Source of the DNA: Candidatus Poribacteria bacterium
GTDB lineage: Bacteria; Poribacteria; WGA-4E; JAJDTR01
Reading direction: 5' to 3'
DNA length: 64,000 nt
Assembly: GCA_965222225.1 (NCBI GenBank)
Contig: CBDCTK010000002.1
Coordinates: 3,840,001 to 3,904,000 of the forward strand
Numbering within the stretch: the first letter of the stretch is position 1; every line of letters starts with the position of its first letter. The position numbers and the translations under genes were made by a program. The notes beneath the pieces were generated by a model, which saw nothing but the letters and a program-made list of their open reading frames with translations, ran no database searches and was not told the origin of the DNA. This document shows, one piece after another, positions 28,409 to 38,091 of this stretch.

Positions 28409-28486
28409 AGGATCTCTATCAATCAACTGACCGAACAAGGAAGGCGATAGAAAATCCCACTCCCTATCCATCGTTTGATCCCCGAC
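28409..28486. repeat. Plus-strand hairpin element inserted into a minus-strand copy
   Basis: GGATCTCTATC [AATCAA CT GA CC GAACA AG GA AG GCGATAG AAAATCCC] ACTCCCTATCCATCGTTTGATC. Confidence 0.75.
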
Positions 28487-28546
28487 AGAAGGCGCGAAAA
28501 AATTCGCTACTACGGACCGAGCAGTTAGGGAGTGCGCCGAGCAGGG

Positions 28547-29224
28547 CTAGGATTTGATGACTTGATTATGGGAGTGTGTTCCCCGAACTGAAACGAGTGG
28601 GTAAACCAAGCATCGTTTGCCAAGAAGTGTACCGGGATTCAAAACCGAATTGCATCCGACTTGTGTACCGTCGTCGATGATTGCGCCGAGTTTCTGCTGC
28701 CCGGTCGGGTATCGGTTTCCATCAAGATCTCGAATCGTGACCTCAGTCTTTACGATCTTCTTGTTCGAGAGTTTTGTGCCTGCCCCCAGATTCACGTCGG
28801 AACCGAGTATCGAATCGCCGATGTAATTCCAATGGCTCACGCTAACACCGTCCATCAGTATGGAATGTTTAACCTCGGTTGAATGGCCAATGATGCAGTT
28901 TCTACCGATTACGGCATGGTCACGAACATACGCCCCATGCCGAATCTCTGCCCCATCACCAATGATCGCCGGACCCTTGATATAGGCGTTCGGTTCGACG
29001 ACCACGTTTTTTCCGAGAATCACATCCTGCCCGACAACCGCCCCCTGCATGACATGCGCACCGGGAGACGACGATAATTTCGCCACTTTGCCGGTGATGT
29101 ATTCCTCCAGTCGAAGCAGCGCCTCCCAGACATAGACATCCCCATCAAATAGTTCGCGATGCTCAAACCGGGCAAGTTCAAAAAGAGCCTCGGGAAACAC
29201 TATCCCTCGGGAATGGGCTGGCAT
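28547..29224 (-). CDS. Hexapeptide-repeat (left-handed beta-helix) sugar acetyltransferase, GlmU C-terminal-like
   Basis: GPAIIG..AEIRHGAYVR, IGHSTEVK.S, HWNYIGDSILG..VNLGAGT, KLGAII; directly downstream of glmS. Confidence 0.8.
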   Translation of the reverse strand: MPAHSRGIVFPEALFELARFEHRELFDGDVYVWEALLRLEEYITGKVAKLSSSPGAHVMQGAVVGQDVILGKNVVVEPNAYIKGPAIIGDGAEIRHGAYVRDHAVIGRNCIIGHSTEVKHSILMDGVSVSHWNYIGDSILGSDVNLGAGTKLSNKKIVKTEVTIRDLDGNRYPTGQQKLGAIIDDGTQVGCNSVLNPGTLLGKRCLVYPLVSVRGTHSHNQVIKS

Positions 29225-29235
29225 GCCGTCTCCTC

Positions 29236-31017
29236 TTATTCGACGGTAACGCTCTTGGCAAGGTTACGTGGCTGATCAACGTCTAGTCCTCGGTGCACGG
29301 CAACGTAATAGGCGAACAGTTGGAACGCCACGGCAATGAGAATCGGGCTGGCGAATTCGTGAATTTGGGGCAGGTAAATGGTATCTTGGATCAATCCCTC
29401 AATCTCCAAATCGCCTTTCGTCGCAATCGCGATAATCCTTCCTTTTCGCGCGTGAACTTCTTGAATGTTGGATAGCATTTTTTCGTGAACATCCGACTCC
29501 GATACGATGCAGACGACGGGCATGTCCTCATCGATCAGTGCAATGGCGCCATGCTTCATCTCTCCGGCGGGATACCCCTCGGCATGGATATAGGAGATTT
29601 CCTTGAGCTTGAGCGCTCCCTCTAGCGCGCTAGGGTAGTTGATATGCCGCCCAAGATAGAGAAAATGATTGAATGTCAAGTAGCGTTTTGCGATGTGTTC
29701 GATAGAAGCGGATTGGGTCAGAACCTTCTCAACTTGCGCCGGCAAATTGAGTATGTCGTGTAGGAGCGCTTCGGTCCCATCGACACCAAGAAGCTGCCGC
29801 AGGTGTGCCACGTAAATCGCGAAGAGGGAGAGAACGGCGTACATGTTGATGGTGACATCGACCTCCCGCGTAATGGAGCTGCCGATGACGTTGGTTATCG
29901 CGATTGTCGTCGCGCCGTGCTCTTTGGCGTAGCGAACCGCCGCCAGCGTGTCGGTGGTTTCACCGGACTGAGAAATCGCAACGACTAGTGTACGGGGGGT
30001 GATGACTGGTGAACTGTATCGAAATTCGCTCGACATATCTACCGACGCAGGGATGCGAGCGAACTTTTCGATGGTGTATTTTCCGACAAAACCTGCGTGA
30101 TATGCCGTGCCGCAACCGAGGAAAACAATCTGATTAATCTTATCGGGATTCCCAAGGCTGTCGCGGAGAAGTTCGAGCTCCGGGAAAACGACCCTGCCTG
30201 CTTGGATGCGTTCACTGGTGGTTTGCCGCAGGGAACTCGGCTGTTCCATGATTTCTTTAATCATGAAATGGGGATATCCCTCTTTTTGAACTTGCGATAT
30301 GTCCCAATTAACAGTCGTAGCGGTGCGTTGAATCGACTTACCGGTTAACGTTGAGATTCGAACGCTATCCATAGTGATGTCAACAATCTCATCATCTTCA
30401 ACGTAAACGACTTCGTTGGTATGCTCAAGCATTGCCGTGACATCACTCGCAACAAGGAACTCATCCGTTCCGAGTCCAATCAACAGCGGGCTGCCTTTTC
30501 GTGCGGCGACCATGCACGTCGGTTCGTTTGCCGAGATAACGGCGATTGCGTAATTTCCTTCAACCTGCTGCAAGGCACGTTGAATCGCTTGAAGGAGGTT
30601 GCCTTTGTAGAAACTCGCTATCAGATGGGGCAGCACCTCCGAGTCGGTTTCAGATTGAAATCGGTGCCCGGCGGCTTCGAGATATGTCTTGATGTGGCGA
30701 ACATTCTCAATGATTCCGTTATGTACGACCGCAATCTCTTTATTTGAATCGAAATGCGGATGGGCGTTTATTTTATTCGGGATGCCGTGCGTAGCCCATC
30801 GGGTGTGTCCTATGCCAACATTCCCGATGCACTGCTCCGATTGAAGTTGATCGACTAACTGTCCCAGTTTTCCCTGCGACTTCTGAACGAATATCCCGGC
30901 ATCATTGAGAACCGCGAGACCTGCGGAATCGTATCCGCGGTACTCCAACCGGCGTAAGCCGCCAATAAGAATGTCCGTGGCTTGCCGTTTACCGATGTAT
31001 CCGATAATGCCACACAT
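29236..31017 (-). CDS. glmS: Glutamine--fructose-6-phosphate transaminase (isomerizing), with an in-frame internal deletion
   Basis: MCGIIG, LEYRGYDSAG, GHTRWATHG, SQSGET.DT, EGALKLKEISYIHAE, DQPRNLAKSVTVE. Confidence 0.95.
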   Translation of the reverse strand: MCGIIGYIGKRQATDILIGGLRRLEYRGYDSAGLAVLNDAGIFVQKSQGKLGQLVDQLQSEQCIGNVGIGHTRWATHGIPNKINAHPHFDSNKEIAVVHNGIIENVRHIKTYLEAAGHRFQSETDSEVLPHLIASFYKGNLLQAIQRALQQVEGNYAIAVISANEPTCMVAARKGSPLLIGLGTDEFLVASDVTAMLEHTNEVVYVEDDEIVDITMDSVRISTLTGKSIQRTATTVNWDISQVQKEGYPHFMIKEIMEQPSSLRQTTSERIQAGRVVFPELELLRDSLGNPDKINQIVFLGCGTAYHAGFVGKYTIEKFARIPASVDMSSEFRYSSPVITPRTLVVAISQSGETTDTLAAVRYAKEHGATTIAITNVIGSSITREVDVTINMYAVLSLFAIYVAHLRQLLGVDGTEALLHDILNLPAQVEKVLTQSASIEHIAKRYLTFNHFLYLGRHINYPSALEGALKLKEISYIHAEGYPAGEMKHGAIALIDEDMPVVCIVSESDVHEKMLSNIQEVHARKGRIIAIATKGDLEIEGLIQDTIYLPQIHEFASPILIAVAFQLFAYYVAVHRGLDVDQPRNLAKSVTVE

Positions 31018-31563
31018 TTTTTGCTCCTTTGCGCCTAGCATAAAGCGCCCTGTTTTCTTGGGGAGCCGCTACAACTCCGCACAAAAAGAACGACGGACAA
31101 AACACGATTGCAGACTCACCTAAATTCTCTCCTGCGGTGTTCCTTTGAGCCGAATATACGCAAATGCGCTTATGGAGATTTTGAGCAAACGCCATGCCAA
31201 CTGTTTCGGATGGGTGGGGACAACTTTAAGCTGCACGGATCCAATCTTTCATAGGTCGAGAATGCGCGGAGCGCCCGCTCTTTGCGCATATATGCGCCCG
31301 CGACTCATCTTTTCGGCACAACTCCGAAATTGCTACTTCCTACACGTTTTAAACCCGTTGATACTGTGGCAAATTTTCACAGTATCCGTTTGGACACGCC
31401 TCAATCCCGCATCTTGGGATTGGAAGGATGGAAGCGTAGAAGGTTGGAAGATTCGCTTCCATACCTCCTCAATCCTCTGCAGCGAAAGGTTGAGCATTCC
31501 AACCTTGATGGAAAACCGATGGATTTTCAATGGGGAGCAAATCAGGTTATATAGCCAGCTATT

Positions 31564-31971
31564 CTACAATTCAATTGGAGGACGGTTGAAACGAGAACGA
31601 ATTCTGTTTAGCGTGTTCAGCACGAGCGGACGAGCAATCAGCTTGCGTTCCAATTTTTGCTTGCCGGGAAAATCGCAAAGAATGACACCCACGAGAATGG
31701 CGGCGGTACCTTGACCGGGCGTGAATAACATTACCACCCCCGCGATCAAGGCAATCACACCGATGACGTTTTTCAGAACTCGCAGAGAACTTCTGAGAAT
31801 GGGGTTTTTTATGCGATTTATATGAGCTTTGTGCCTGAAATAGTCCGGAGGGAGGGAGATGATGAATGCGGAGAAGCCTATGACAGTTAAGATTGCCGTC
31901 AGAGCGGAGAGAATGACAATCCAGAGCCAGTATTTTAGAGCCCAAGCAACGATGAGTTTAATTACAGACAA
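31564..31971 (-). CDS. Small membrane protein, PGPGW-like family
   Basis: LPPDYF, KNVIG...AG..MLFTPGQG, DFPGK..LE. Confidence 0.7.
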   Translation of the reverse strand: MSVIKLIVAWALKYWLWIVILSALTAILTVIGFSAFIISLPPDYFRHKAHINRIKNPILRSSLRVLKNVIGVIALIAGVVMLFTPGQGTAAILVGVILCDFPGKQKLERKLIARPLVLNTLNRIRSRFNRPPIEL

Positions 31972-32209
31972 TAACCTGTTCCTGATTTGACAACCCGATA
32001 CACCTGTGGACGTACAGTCCGAGAAAAAATACCATCAAGCGATGAGGCGAAACTGATGATAGCACCTCTCTAAAATGCGTGTCAACGAAAAAAGATTTCA
32101 GCCTAGGGCTTTTTTTCTTTGGATTGTCCTTGGGCTGCCAATTTGTTATAATGGAATCTGTGATTATCCGCGACTATTCTGTCTATGTATGGATAGATAG
32201 GAGGAAGTA

Positions 32210-32812
32210 ATGGCAGCCGAGGAGTTGAAACCCTTGCAGGTAAAAGAGATTATCCGTTCGGAGATTCGCCAACTCCCGGAAACACGTTGGATCCAAAATC
32301 TTAGGCACCCGTCTTACCACCTGCGCCAGCCAATCCCAATCTTAATCGAAAGGGAGGGGGATGTTGTAGCCGCCAACTACGACGATCTGGATTTGAGCGG
32401 CAAAGGCGAGGACGTGAAATCGGCAATCTCGGACTTGTGTGGGAAGATTGTAGCGTGTTACAATGGCGCGCGGGAGTCTGCCGATAGAAATGCCGATTCG
32501 CCAACCCAGGAGAATACCTTTCTCAGACAAATTATTGTTGAGATTCAACCCGCTGCTTGGGACGAGGTAAAAGAACTTTACCGAGAAAGGTTGAAAGGGT
32601 TTTCTTATGTTCAAAAAGTCTACATCAACATTTCCATGCCGGATTACGCGGCTGTCATCATCATACTTTCAGAAGAATCTGTGGATCGAATTGAACAGTT
32701 GGCTGAAATCGATCTGGCGATAAATCTAAAATTTCGTCCACTCTATTTCTTCGTAGAATATGAATCCTCAGAAGATAACCTTGATTTGAAGAACTTTGTA
32801 CGTTTTTATTAG
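32210..32812 (+). CDS. Hypothetical protein; possible HicB-like N-terminus fused to an MNT-like antitoxin domain
   Basis: Strong GGAGG RBS, 200 aa, precedes a HEPN-like gene; domain calls from pattern only. Confidence 0.55.
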   Translation: MAAEELKPLQVKEIIRSEIRQLPETRWIQNLRHPSYHLRQPIPILIEREGDVVAANYDDLDLSGKGEDVKSAISDLCGKIVACYNGARESADRNADSPTQENTFLRQIIVEIQPAAWDEVKELYRERLKGFSYVQKVYINISMPDYAAVIIILSEESVDRIEQLAEIDLAINLKFRPLYFFVEYESSEDNLDLKNFVRFY

Positions 32813-32882
32813 ACTTCTCCCCTAGCCCGTTCCCAAATCTCTAGTATTCCCTGCCGGAAGATGGGGACGGAGAATTGCTCAC

Positions 32883-33265
32883 ATGCCAACGACACAAGCG
32901 CACCAAAACAAACAAAGTAAGGCTCAGCTCGCCCTCTTTAATCTTCAACAGTCTCAAAACAGTCTCAAAACCGTCTTCACCACGCCGACTGGATTGTGAC
33001 TCTCGCCTTCTACAAAGCCTTGCACTCGGTTGATTCTTATTTTGCCGAGTTGAAGATTCATCCACAAGGGCATCGCGAAAGAAATCGGCGCGTGCAAGAA
33101 TATCTTGGAAGTATACATAGACAGTATGCTGCGTTGTATAGAGCGAGCAGAAGAGCACGATACGACGACTTTACGTACCAAGATAAGCCTTTAGAGGTTG
33201 GTGTTCTGATAAATCGTTCGTCGAGCATTGAGAGTTACATCAATTCACTTTTGGAAGCGCATTGA
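32883..33265 (+). pseudogene. HEPN-like protein frameshifted by an 11-bp tandem duplication
   Basis: AACAGTCTCAA x2 at 32947-32968; removing one copy gives MPTTQAH..DWIVTLAFYKALH..H..R..SRRARY. Confidence 0.7.
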
Positions 33266-33336
33266 ACCCACTCAACCCGTTAGGGTGTGTTGACATTTAT
33301 GTGAGACACCCACCAATGCGAACACCGTACCAATGA

Positions 33337-33448
33337 GGAATTTCTATCGTCCTCGTTGTTCATTCGGTTGATTGCTCCTTATTCATTATTCAGTCGCTTG
33401 AGGGGATTTATATCGAACTCCCTTTTCGATTACTTGATCCCGCCCTAC
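33337..33448 (-). repeat. Tandem degenerate hairpin elements in a REP
   Basis: Minus strand GTAGGGCGG GATCAA.. with three units, the last AATCAA CC GA AT GAACA AC GA GG ACGATAG AAATTCC. Confidence 0.75.
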
Positions 33449-33550
33449 CGAGGTTGAGGATAGCGCTTTAATATCGGTTGTGAACTCGTTGGGTTTGGTA
33501 TAGAATAAGATTGTGTTTCTCGAAGACGAATTGGAAGAGTGGGGTAGAAA

Positions 33551-34279
33551 ATGACACAATCGAAACGGGTTGCCCTATGCGTAACGTGCCTAGTGGACCA
33601 AGTCGTACCGGAGGTGGGCGTCGCGTCGGTGCAGTTATTGAGGCGCGCCGGCTACGAGGTCGATTTCCCGGAAGCCCAGACGTGTTGTGGGCAGCCCTTT
33701 TTTAATAGCGGATTCCGAGATCAGGCAATTGATTTGGCAAAGCGGACCATAGAAATCTTTGAACCGTTTGAAGCGGTCGTCCTGCCTAGCGGATCCTGCG
33801 CAACGATGATTAGGGTCGAGTATCCGCATCTGCTGGAAGAGTGGCAGGAGTGGCACCACCGCGCGACCGAGTTGGCGGAAAAGACGTATGAATTGAGCGA
33901 GTTTTTGGTGAACCGCGCCGAATGGAGTCCGGAAGGTGATTTTGAGGAAGTCAATCTAACCTATCACGACTCGTGCCACATGTGTCGTTTGCTGGGCGTG
34001 AAAAAAGAGCCGCGTCAGTTGCTTGAGCGTGTCGGCGGACGGATATCCGAAATGTCGGAATCGGAGCGGTGTTGCGGGTTTGGCGGACTATTTTCGGTGC
34101 GAATGCCGGAAGTGTCCAACGCCATGACTGCCGAGAAGCTGCATCAGGCTTGCGACACGGGCGTGGAGGCGCTTGTCACATCCGATCCGGGTTGTTTAAC
34201 GCAGATGCGGGGACTGGCGGAGGGAAGTTCAATAAAGGTTGAGCATATCGCCACTGTGCTGGAGGAGATGACACGATGA
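33551..34279 (+). CDS. lutA: Lactate utilization Fe-S protein A (CCG domains)
   Basis: TCLVD, QTCCGQP, PSGSC, TYHDSCH, CCGFGG.F; operon context. Confidence 0.9.
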   Translation: MTQSKRVALCVTCLVDQVVPEVGVASVQLLRRAGYEVDFPEAQTCCGQPFFNSGFRDQAIDLAKRTIEIFEPFEAVVLPSGSCATMIRVEYPHLLEEWQEWHHRATELAEKTYELSEFLVNRAEWSPEGDFEEVNLTYHDSCHMCRLLGVKKEPRQLLERVGGRISEMSESERCCGFGGLFSVRMPEVSNAMTAEKLHQACDTGVEALVTSDPGCLTQMRGLAEGSSIKVEHIATVLEEMTR

Positions 34280-35688
34280 CAGCGACATTCTCCGAGTTTC
34301 GTCAACGCGCAAAAACCGCGATTGAAGACCCCCGGCTGCAAGGGGCATTGGATGGCGGAACGGGCAAGTTGTGGGAGCAGCGCCGGCTTGCGTTCGAGGA
34401 ACTTCCCAACTCTGATGTCTTGCGCGACCACTTCAAAGCGATTCGATCGGCGACATTGAGGAATTTGGCAGAGCATCTAGCGACGTTCGAGAAAAATGCC
34501 ATCGCAGCGGGCGCCAACGTTCATTGGGCACGGGATGGCGCGGACGCGCGTGAAATCGTCATCTCAATCGCTCGGGAGCATGGAGTAAAGCTGGTAACGA
34601 AGAGCAAGTCAATGGCTACAGAGGAGATTCACCTCAACAAGGCGTTGGCTGAAGTCGGCGTAGAGGCGATAGAAACGGATTTGGGCGAGTATATCGTTCA
34701 GTTGGCTGAGGAGACGCCCTCCCACATTATTGCGCCAGCCATTCATAAAACTCGCCATCAAGCGGCGGAGTTGCTAAGCCGAGAATCCGGGAGATCGCTG
34801 TCTCCGGACGACCTGACCACGCTCACCGGCGAAGCGCGAAAGCTGTTGCGCGAGCGGTTTCTGACTGCTGGAATGGGAATTTCCGGCGGCAACATGATTG
34901 TTGCCGAAACCGGCAGCGTCGTCTTGGTGACGAATGAGGGGAACGCGCGAATGGTCACATCCGTTCCGCCGGTGCACCTCGCTATGGTCGGAATAGAAAA
35001 GATAGTACCGACATGGGATGACGCCGCCATCTGGCTATCGCTGTTGGCACGGAGCGCGTCGGGGCAACCACTGTCGATTTATACGAGCGTCATCACCGGG
35101 CCATCTCGCGCCGCCGACCCTGATGGGACAGGGGAGGTGCATATCGTTCTGCTGGACAACGGCAGAAGTGAACTCGTCGGCACAAAATACGAGGAGGTGT
35201 TGCAATGCATTCGCTGTGGCGCTTGCCTTAACGTGTGCCCCGTATATCGTGAAGCGGGTGGACATTCGTACGATAGCCCCTACCCGGGACCAATCGGCGC
35301 CGTCGTCACTCCGCTGTTGTTGGGGCGCGAGAACTATGAAGCGCTACCTCATGCGAGCTCGCTGTGCGGAGCATGCAAAGAGGTGTGTCCGGTGCGGATA
35401 GATCTGCCTCGGATGCTGCTTGAGCTACGCGCGGATCAGGTAGCGGAAAAAGCCATACCTTGGAGCGAGAGGAAGGCGGAGGAGACGGGCGCGTTTGTGT
35501 TGAAGCACGAGAAATTGATGCGGTTCATGACAAGCGCGGCTCGATTGGCACAACGTCCGTTCGCGCGAAATGGAAGGCTGCGTCTGCCTCAGCGTCTGAA
35601 TCCGGCGCTTGAGCGTCAATTGCCAGCGCTGGCGAAGCGCTCTTTTCGGGACATGTGGAAATCCGGAGAGTTGGAGGAGAAACGATGA
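34276..35688 (+). CDS. lutB: Lactate utilization Fe-S protein B
   Basis: KSKSMATEEI, ETDLGEYI.QL, TNEGN, CIRCGACLNVCPVY, SSLCGAC..VCPVRI. Confidence 0.92.
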   Translation: MTATFSEFRQRAKTAIEDPRLQGALDGGTGKLWEQRRLAFEELPNSDVLRDHFKAIRSATLRNLAEHLATFEKNAIAAGANVHWARDGADAREIVISIAREHGVKLVTKSKSMATEEIHLNKALAEVGVEAIETDLGEYIVQLAEETPSHIIAPAIHKTRHQAAELLSRESGRSLSPDDLTTLTGEARKLLRERFLTAGMGISGGNMIVAETGSVVLVTNEGNARMVTSVPPVHLAMVGIEKIVPTWDDAAIWLSLLARSASGQPLSIYTSVITGPSRAADPDGTGEVHIVLLDNGRSELVGTKYEEVLQCIRCGACLNVCPVYREAGGHSYDSPYPGPIGAVVTPLLLGRENYEALPHASSLCGACKEVCPVRIDLPRMLLELRADQVAEKAIPWSERKAEETGAFVLKHEKLMRFMTSAARLAQRPFARNGRLRLPQRLNPALERQLPALAKRSFRDMWKSGELEEKR

Positions 35689-36317
35689 GCCAGCGAGACG
35701 AAATCTTGGAGCGCTTGAGAAAAAGAACGTCGAAAGTAGAGATGCCCGGCGCATGGCAATCACAGCGCAATTTTCCGGATTTGGAGGAGCGCTTTACGGC
35801 GTCGTTAACGGCAGTGCGGGGAGAGGTTCGCCGCACGGAGAACCTGGAAGCAGCATTGGTGGAAGTTGACACAATCCTAAATGAGATTTCTGCAAAAAGC
35901 GTCGTCGCCAACAATGAAACGCCGCTTTCCGAGGTGGGGTTGGAGGAACGTTGGCAGGAGCGTGAATGGTATGTCGTCGGACAAACCCAGGGCGATTTGC
36001 GGGGGTTCTGCGCGCGCGCGGACGCGGGGCTTTCCGGGGTTGAGGCGGCGTTGGCGGAAACGGGCAGCCTCGTCGTTCACAGTGGGGTTGGAAAGAGTCG
36101 ATTGGCTACGCTACTGCCGCCGGTGCATATCGCGCTTGTTCCCGTTTCGTGCCTCGTGCCGGATATATTTATTTGGACGGCTTCGCGAAATAAGGAAGTA
36201 CCTATGCCTTCGAACCTCAACCTCATCAGCGGTCCGAGCAAATCGGCGGATATTGAGTTTACGTTGACACTTGGCGTCCATGGTCCGAAACGCTTGGTTG
36301 CGGTGTTGTATGAATGA
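35685..36317 (+). CDS. lutC: Lactate utilization protein C (LUD domain)
   Basis: AETGS, LLPPVH, ISGPSKSADIE..L..GVHGP; ATGA overlap with lutB. Confidence 0.9.
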   Translation: MSQRDEILERLRKRTSKVEMPGAWQSQRNFPDLEERFTASLTAVRGEVRRTENLEAALVEVDTILNEISAKSVVANNETPLSEVGLEERWQEREWYVVGQTQGDLRGFCARADAGLSGVEAALAETGSLVVHSGVGKSRLATLLPPVHIALVPVSCLVPDIFIWTASRNKEVPMPSNLNLISGPSKSADIEFTLTLGVHGPKRLVAVLYE

Positions 36318-36449
36318 ATCCTCGTCACTTGTTCTATCTCTGTAAAAATCGCCATCTGCAAGTTGACGATAAGAAGCTCTCTAGAATCAAGTATGATTTC
36401 CCTGAGATACTAGGTTCTGTTGACATTTATGTTAAGCGTGTGCGTAATC

Positions 36450-36507
36450 GTAGGGGCGAGGATCAAGTGAGCGAATAGCGAATGCGATAGGGATCTTCCC
36501 CTCGCCC
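36450..36507 (+). repeat. REP with inserted hairpin element
   Basis: GTAGGGGCGAG GATCAA GT GA GC GAATA GC GA AT GCGATAG GGATCT TCCCCTCGCCC. Confidence 0.85.
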
Positions 36508-36651
36508 AACGGGTTGGGAGGCACAACCCCTACGGATGCCGGTGCATGCCTAGTCGGGAGCGTGGTTCCCTCGTCCGTTCCTCCTACGGGTTAAGCTGTG
36601 TTCACATGTTAAAAGAACGTGCCAATCACAAACAGAACCCGCAAGGGCGGG

Positions 36652-36785
36652 GATCAAATGAGATCAAGCGAGTGCGATAGTAGATCCCATAGTGAATGAT
36701 CAACTGAGCGAATAGCGAAGGCGATAGACAATCCTACTCGCTATCTGTTCGCTTGATCGTTATCCGCTCGTTAGATCGCACCTAC
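36652..36785. repeat. Complex hairpin-element cluster with units in both orientations
   Basis: Three plus-strand GATCAA units (complete one at 36698: CT/AG, GC/GC) and two minus-strand partial units ending in CCTAC. Confidence 0.8.
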
Positions 36786-37189
36786 AGATGTTCTTGAAGT
36801 CGGGCGGCTACCTTGCGAATTTCATCCATATCGCCCGGTTTGGGCGTCCAGGGCAGAAGTAAAGAATCACCCTCCCATCGCGGGAGAAGGTGCAGATGGA
36901 AGTGGAAGACTGACTGGAATGCCGCCGATTCACTGGAGTGAAAGAGATTCAGCCCGTCCGGATTCAACACGTCCTTAATCACGCCGGCAAGTTTCGCCCC
37001 GACTTCCATGATTTTCCCTGCGGTCGCGGGAGGAATATCGTAGATATTACGGTAGTGCCGCTTCGGAATTACCAACAGGTGTCCGGGGTTACCGGGGTTA
37101 ATATCCATAAAACTTAGGGTTTCACTGTCTTCATAAACCTTCATCGCAGGAATATCGCCCGAAATAATCGAGCAGAAAATACAGTCCAT
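36782..37189 (-). CDS. HIT family hydrolase
   Basis: CIFC, DINP..PGHLLVIPK.H, QSVFHFHLHLLPR triad. Confidence 0.93.
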   Translation of the reverse strand: MDCIFCSIISGDIPAMKVYEDSETLSFMDINPGNPGHLLVIPKRHYRNIYDIPPATAGKIMEVGAKLAGVIKDVLNPDGLNLFHSSESAAFQSVFHFHLHLLPRWEGDSLLLPWTPKPGDMDEIRKVAARLQEHL

Positions 37190-37515
37190 GATTATCTCCT
37201 CGCAATCCTCCCGATTCTTAAATTTTGGTTGTTCAGGGCGATGCCGTTGTTAAATTTGGGTTTGCCAATACCGATTCAGTTTAACAGAATCTCCGTGTTG
37301 GTTCAAGTTTTTTCAAGAGCGGTTCAGGACACGGATGTTGGCTTTAACTGTAGGTCAACCCAACCTACGCACTAGAATCATGGGACGACACAGGGGCCGT
37401 CCCCTGCAATGAATATGTGTAACCGGGAGACAGGGGAGGAAATCGGTGATTCGTTGCAAATGCCTTGGGGCGGTGATATAATAAACCTCCAACTAACACG
37501 GACAAGGAGTATGCT

Positions 37516-38082
37516 ATGCGCAAAAAACGTTGGTTCATTGGATTCATAAGTCTTTCGGTGTTGATTCTCACAGTACTCGGCCTAAACAGGGTTCAGGGGC
37601 AGAGCGATGTAGTACGGCGCGGAAAATACCTCGTCGATACGATTGGCGCGTGCGGACAGTGTCACACGCCGCGTAAAGGCGCGGGACCGGACATGAGCAT
37701 GTATCTAGCCGGACACCCCGCAAATGCGCCCTACCCGAAGTATGACTTCGGAACCATGATGGGGCAAGGGATTTTTATGGTGACCGCGCAAACCATGACT
37801 GCGTTTGCGGCGCCTTTCGGCACCACTTTCGCCACGAACTTAACCCCCGATAAGGAAACAGGGCTTGGGGAGTGGACGGAAGAGATGTTCATTGGCGCAA
37901 TGCGGACGGGGCGCCATCAGGGGATCGAGAGCAATCGAAAAATCTTTCCTCCGATGCCCCTGAAAAACTATTCGGAGATGAGTGACGAGGATCTTAAAGC
38001 TATTTGGTCGTACCTAAGGACGGTCAAAGCTGTGAAAAACGACGTTCCGGCGGCGTTGAACCCAAGGGGGAGGCCGTGGTAG
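37516..38082 (+). CDS. Periplasmic c-type cytochrome
   Basis: Signal peptide, RGKYL, CGQCHTP heme motif, NLTPD.ETGLG.W, PPMP. Confidence 0.85.
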   Translation: MRKKRWFIGFISLSVLILTVLGLNRVQGQSDVVRRGKYLVDTIGACGQCHTPRKGAGPDMSMYLAGHPANAPYPKYDFGTMMGQGIFMVTAQTMTAFAAPFGTTFATNLTPDKETGLGEWTEEMFIGAMRTGRHQGIESNRKIFPPMPLKNYSEMSDEDLKAIWSYLRTVKAVKNDVPAALNPRGRPW

Positions 38083-38091
38083 ACACAGCGG

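Noticed and set aside
31018-31140. glmS ribozyme upstream of glmS
   Set aside because: The AGCGCC match is on the antisense strand, and I saw no AGCGCC..GACGAGG core on the sense strand. An Rfam scan would settle it.
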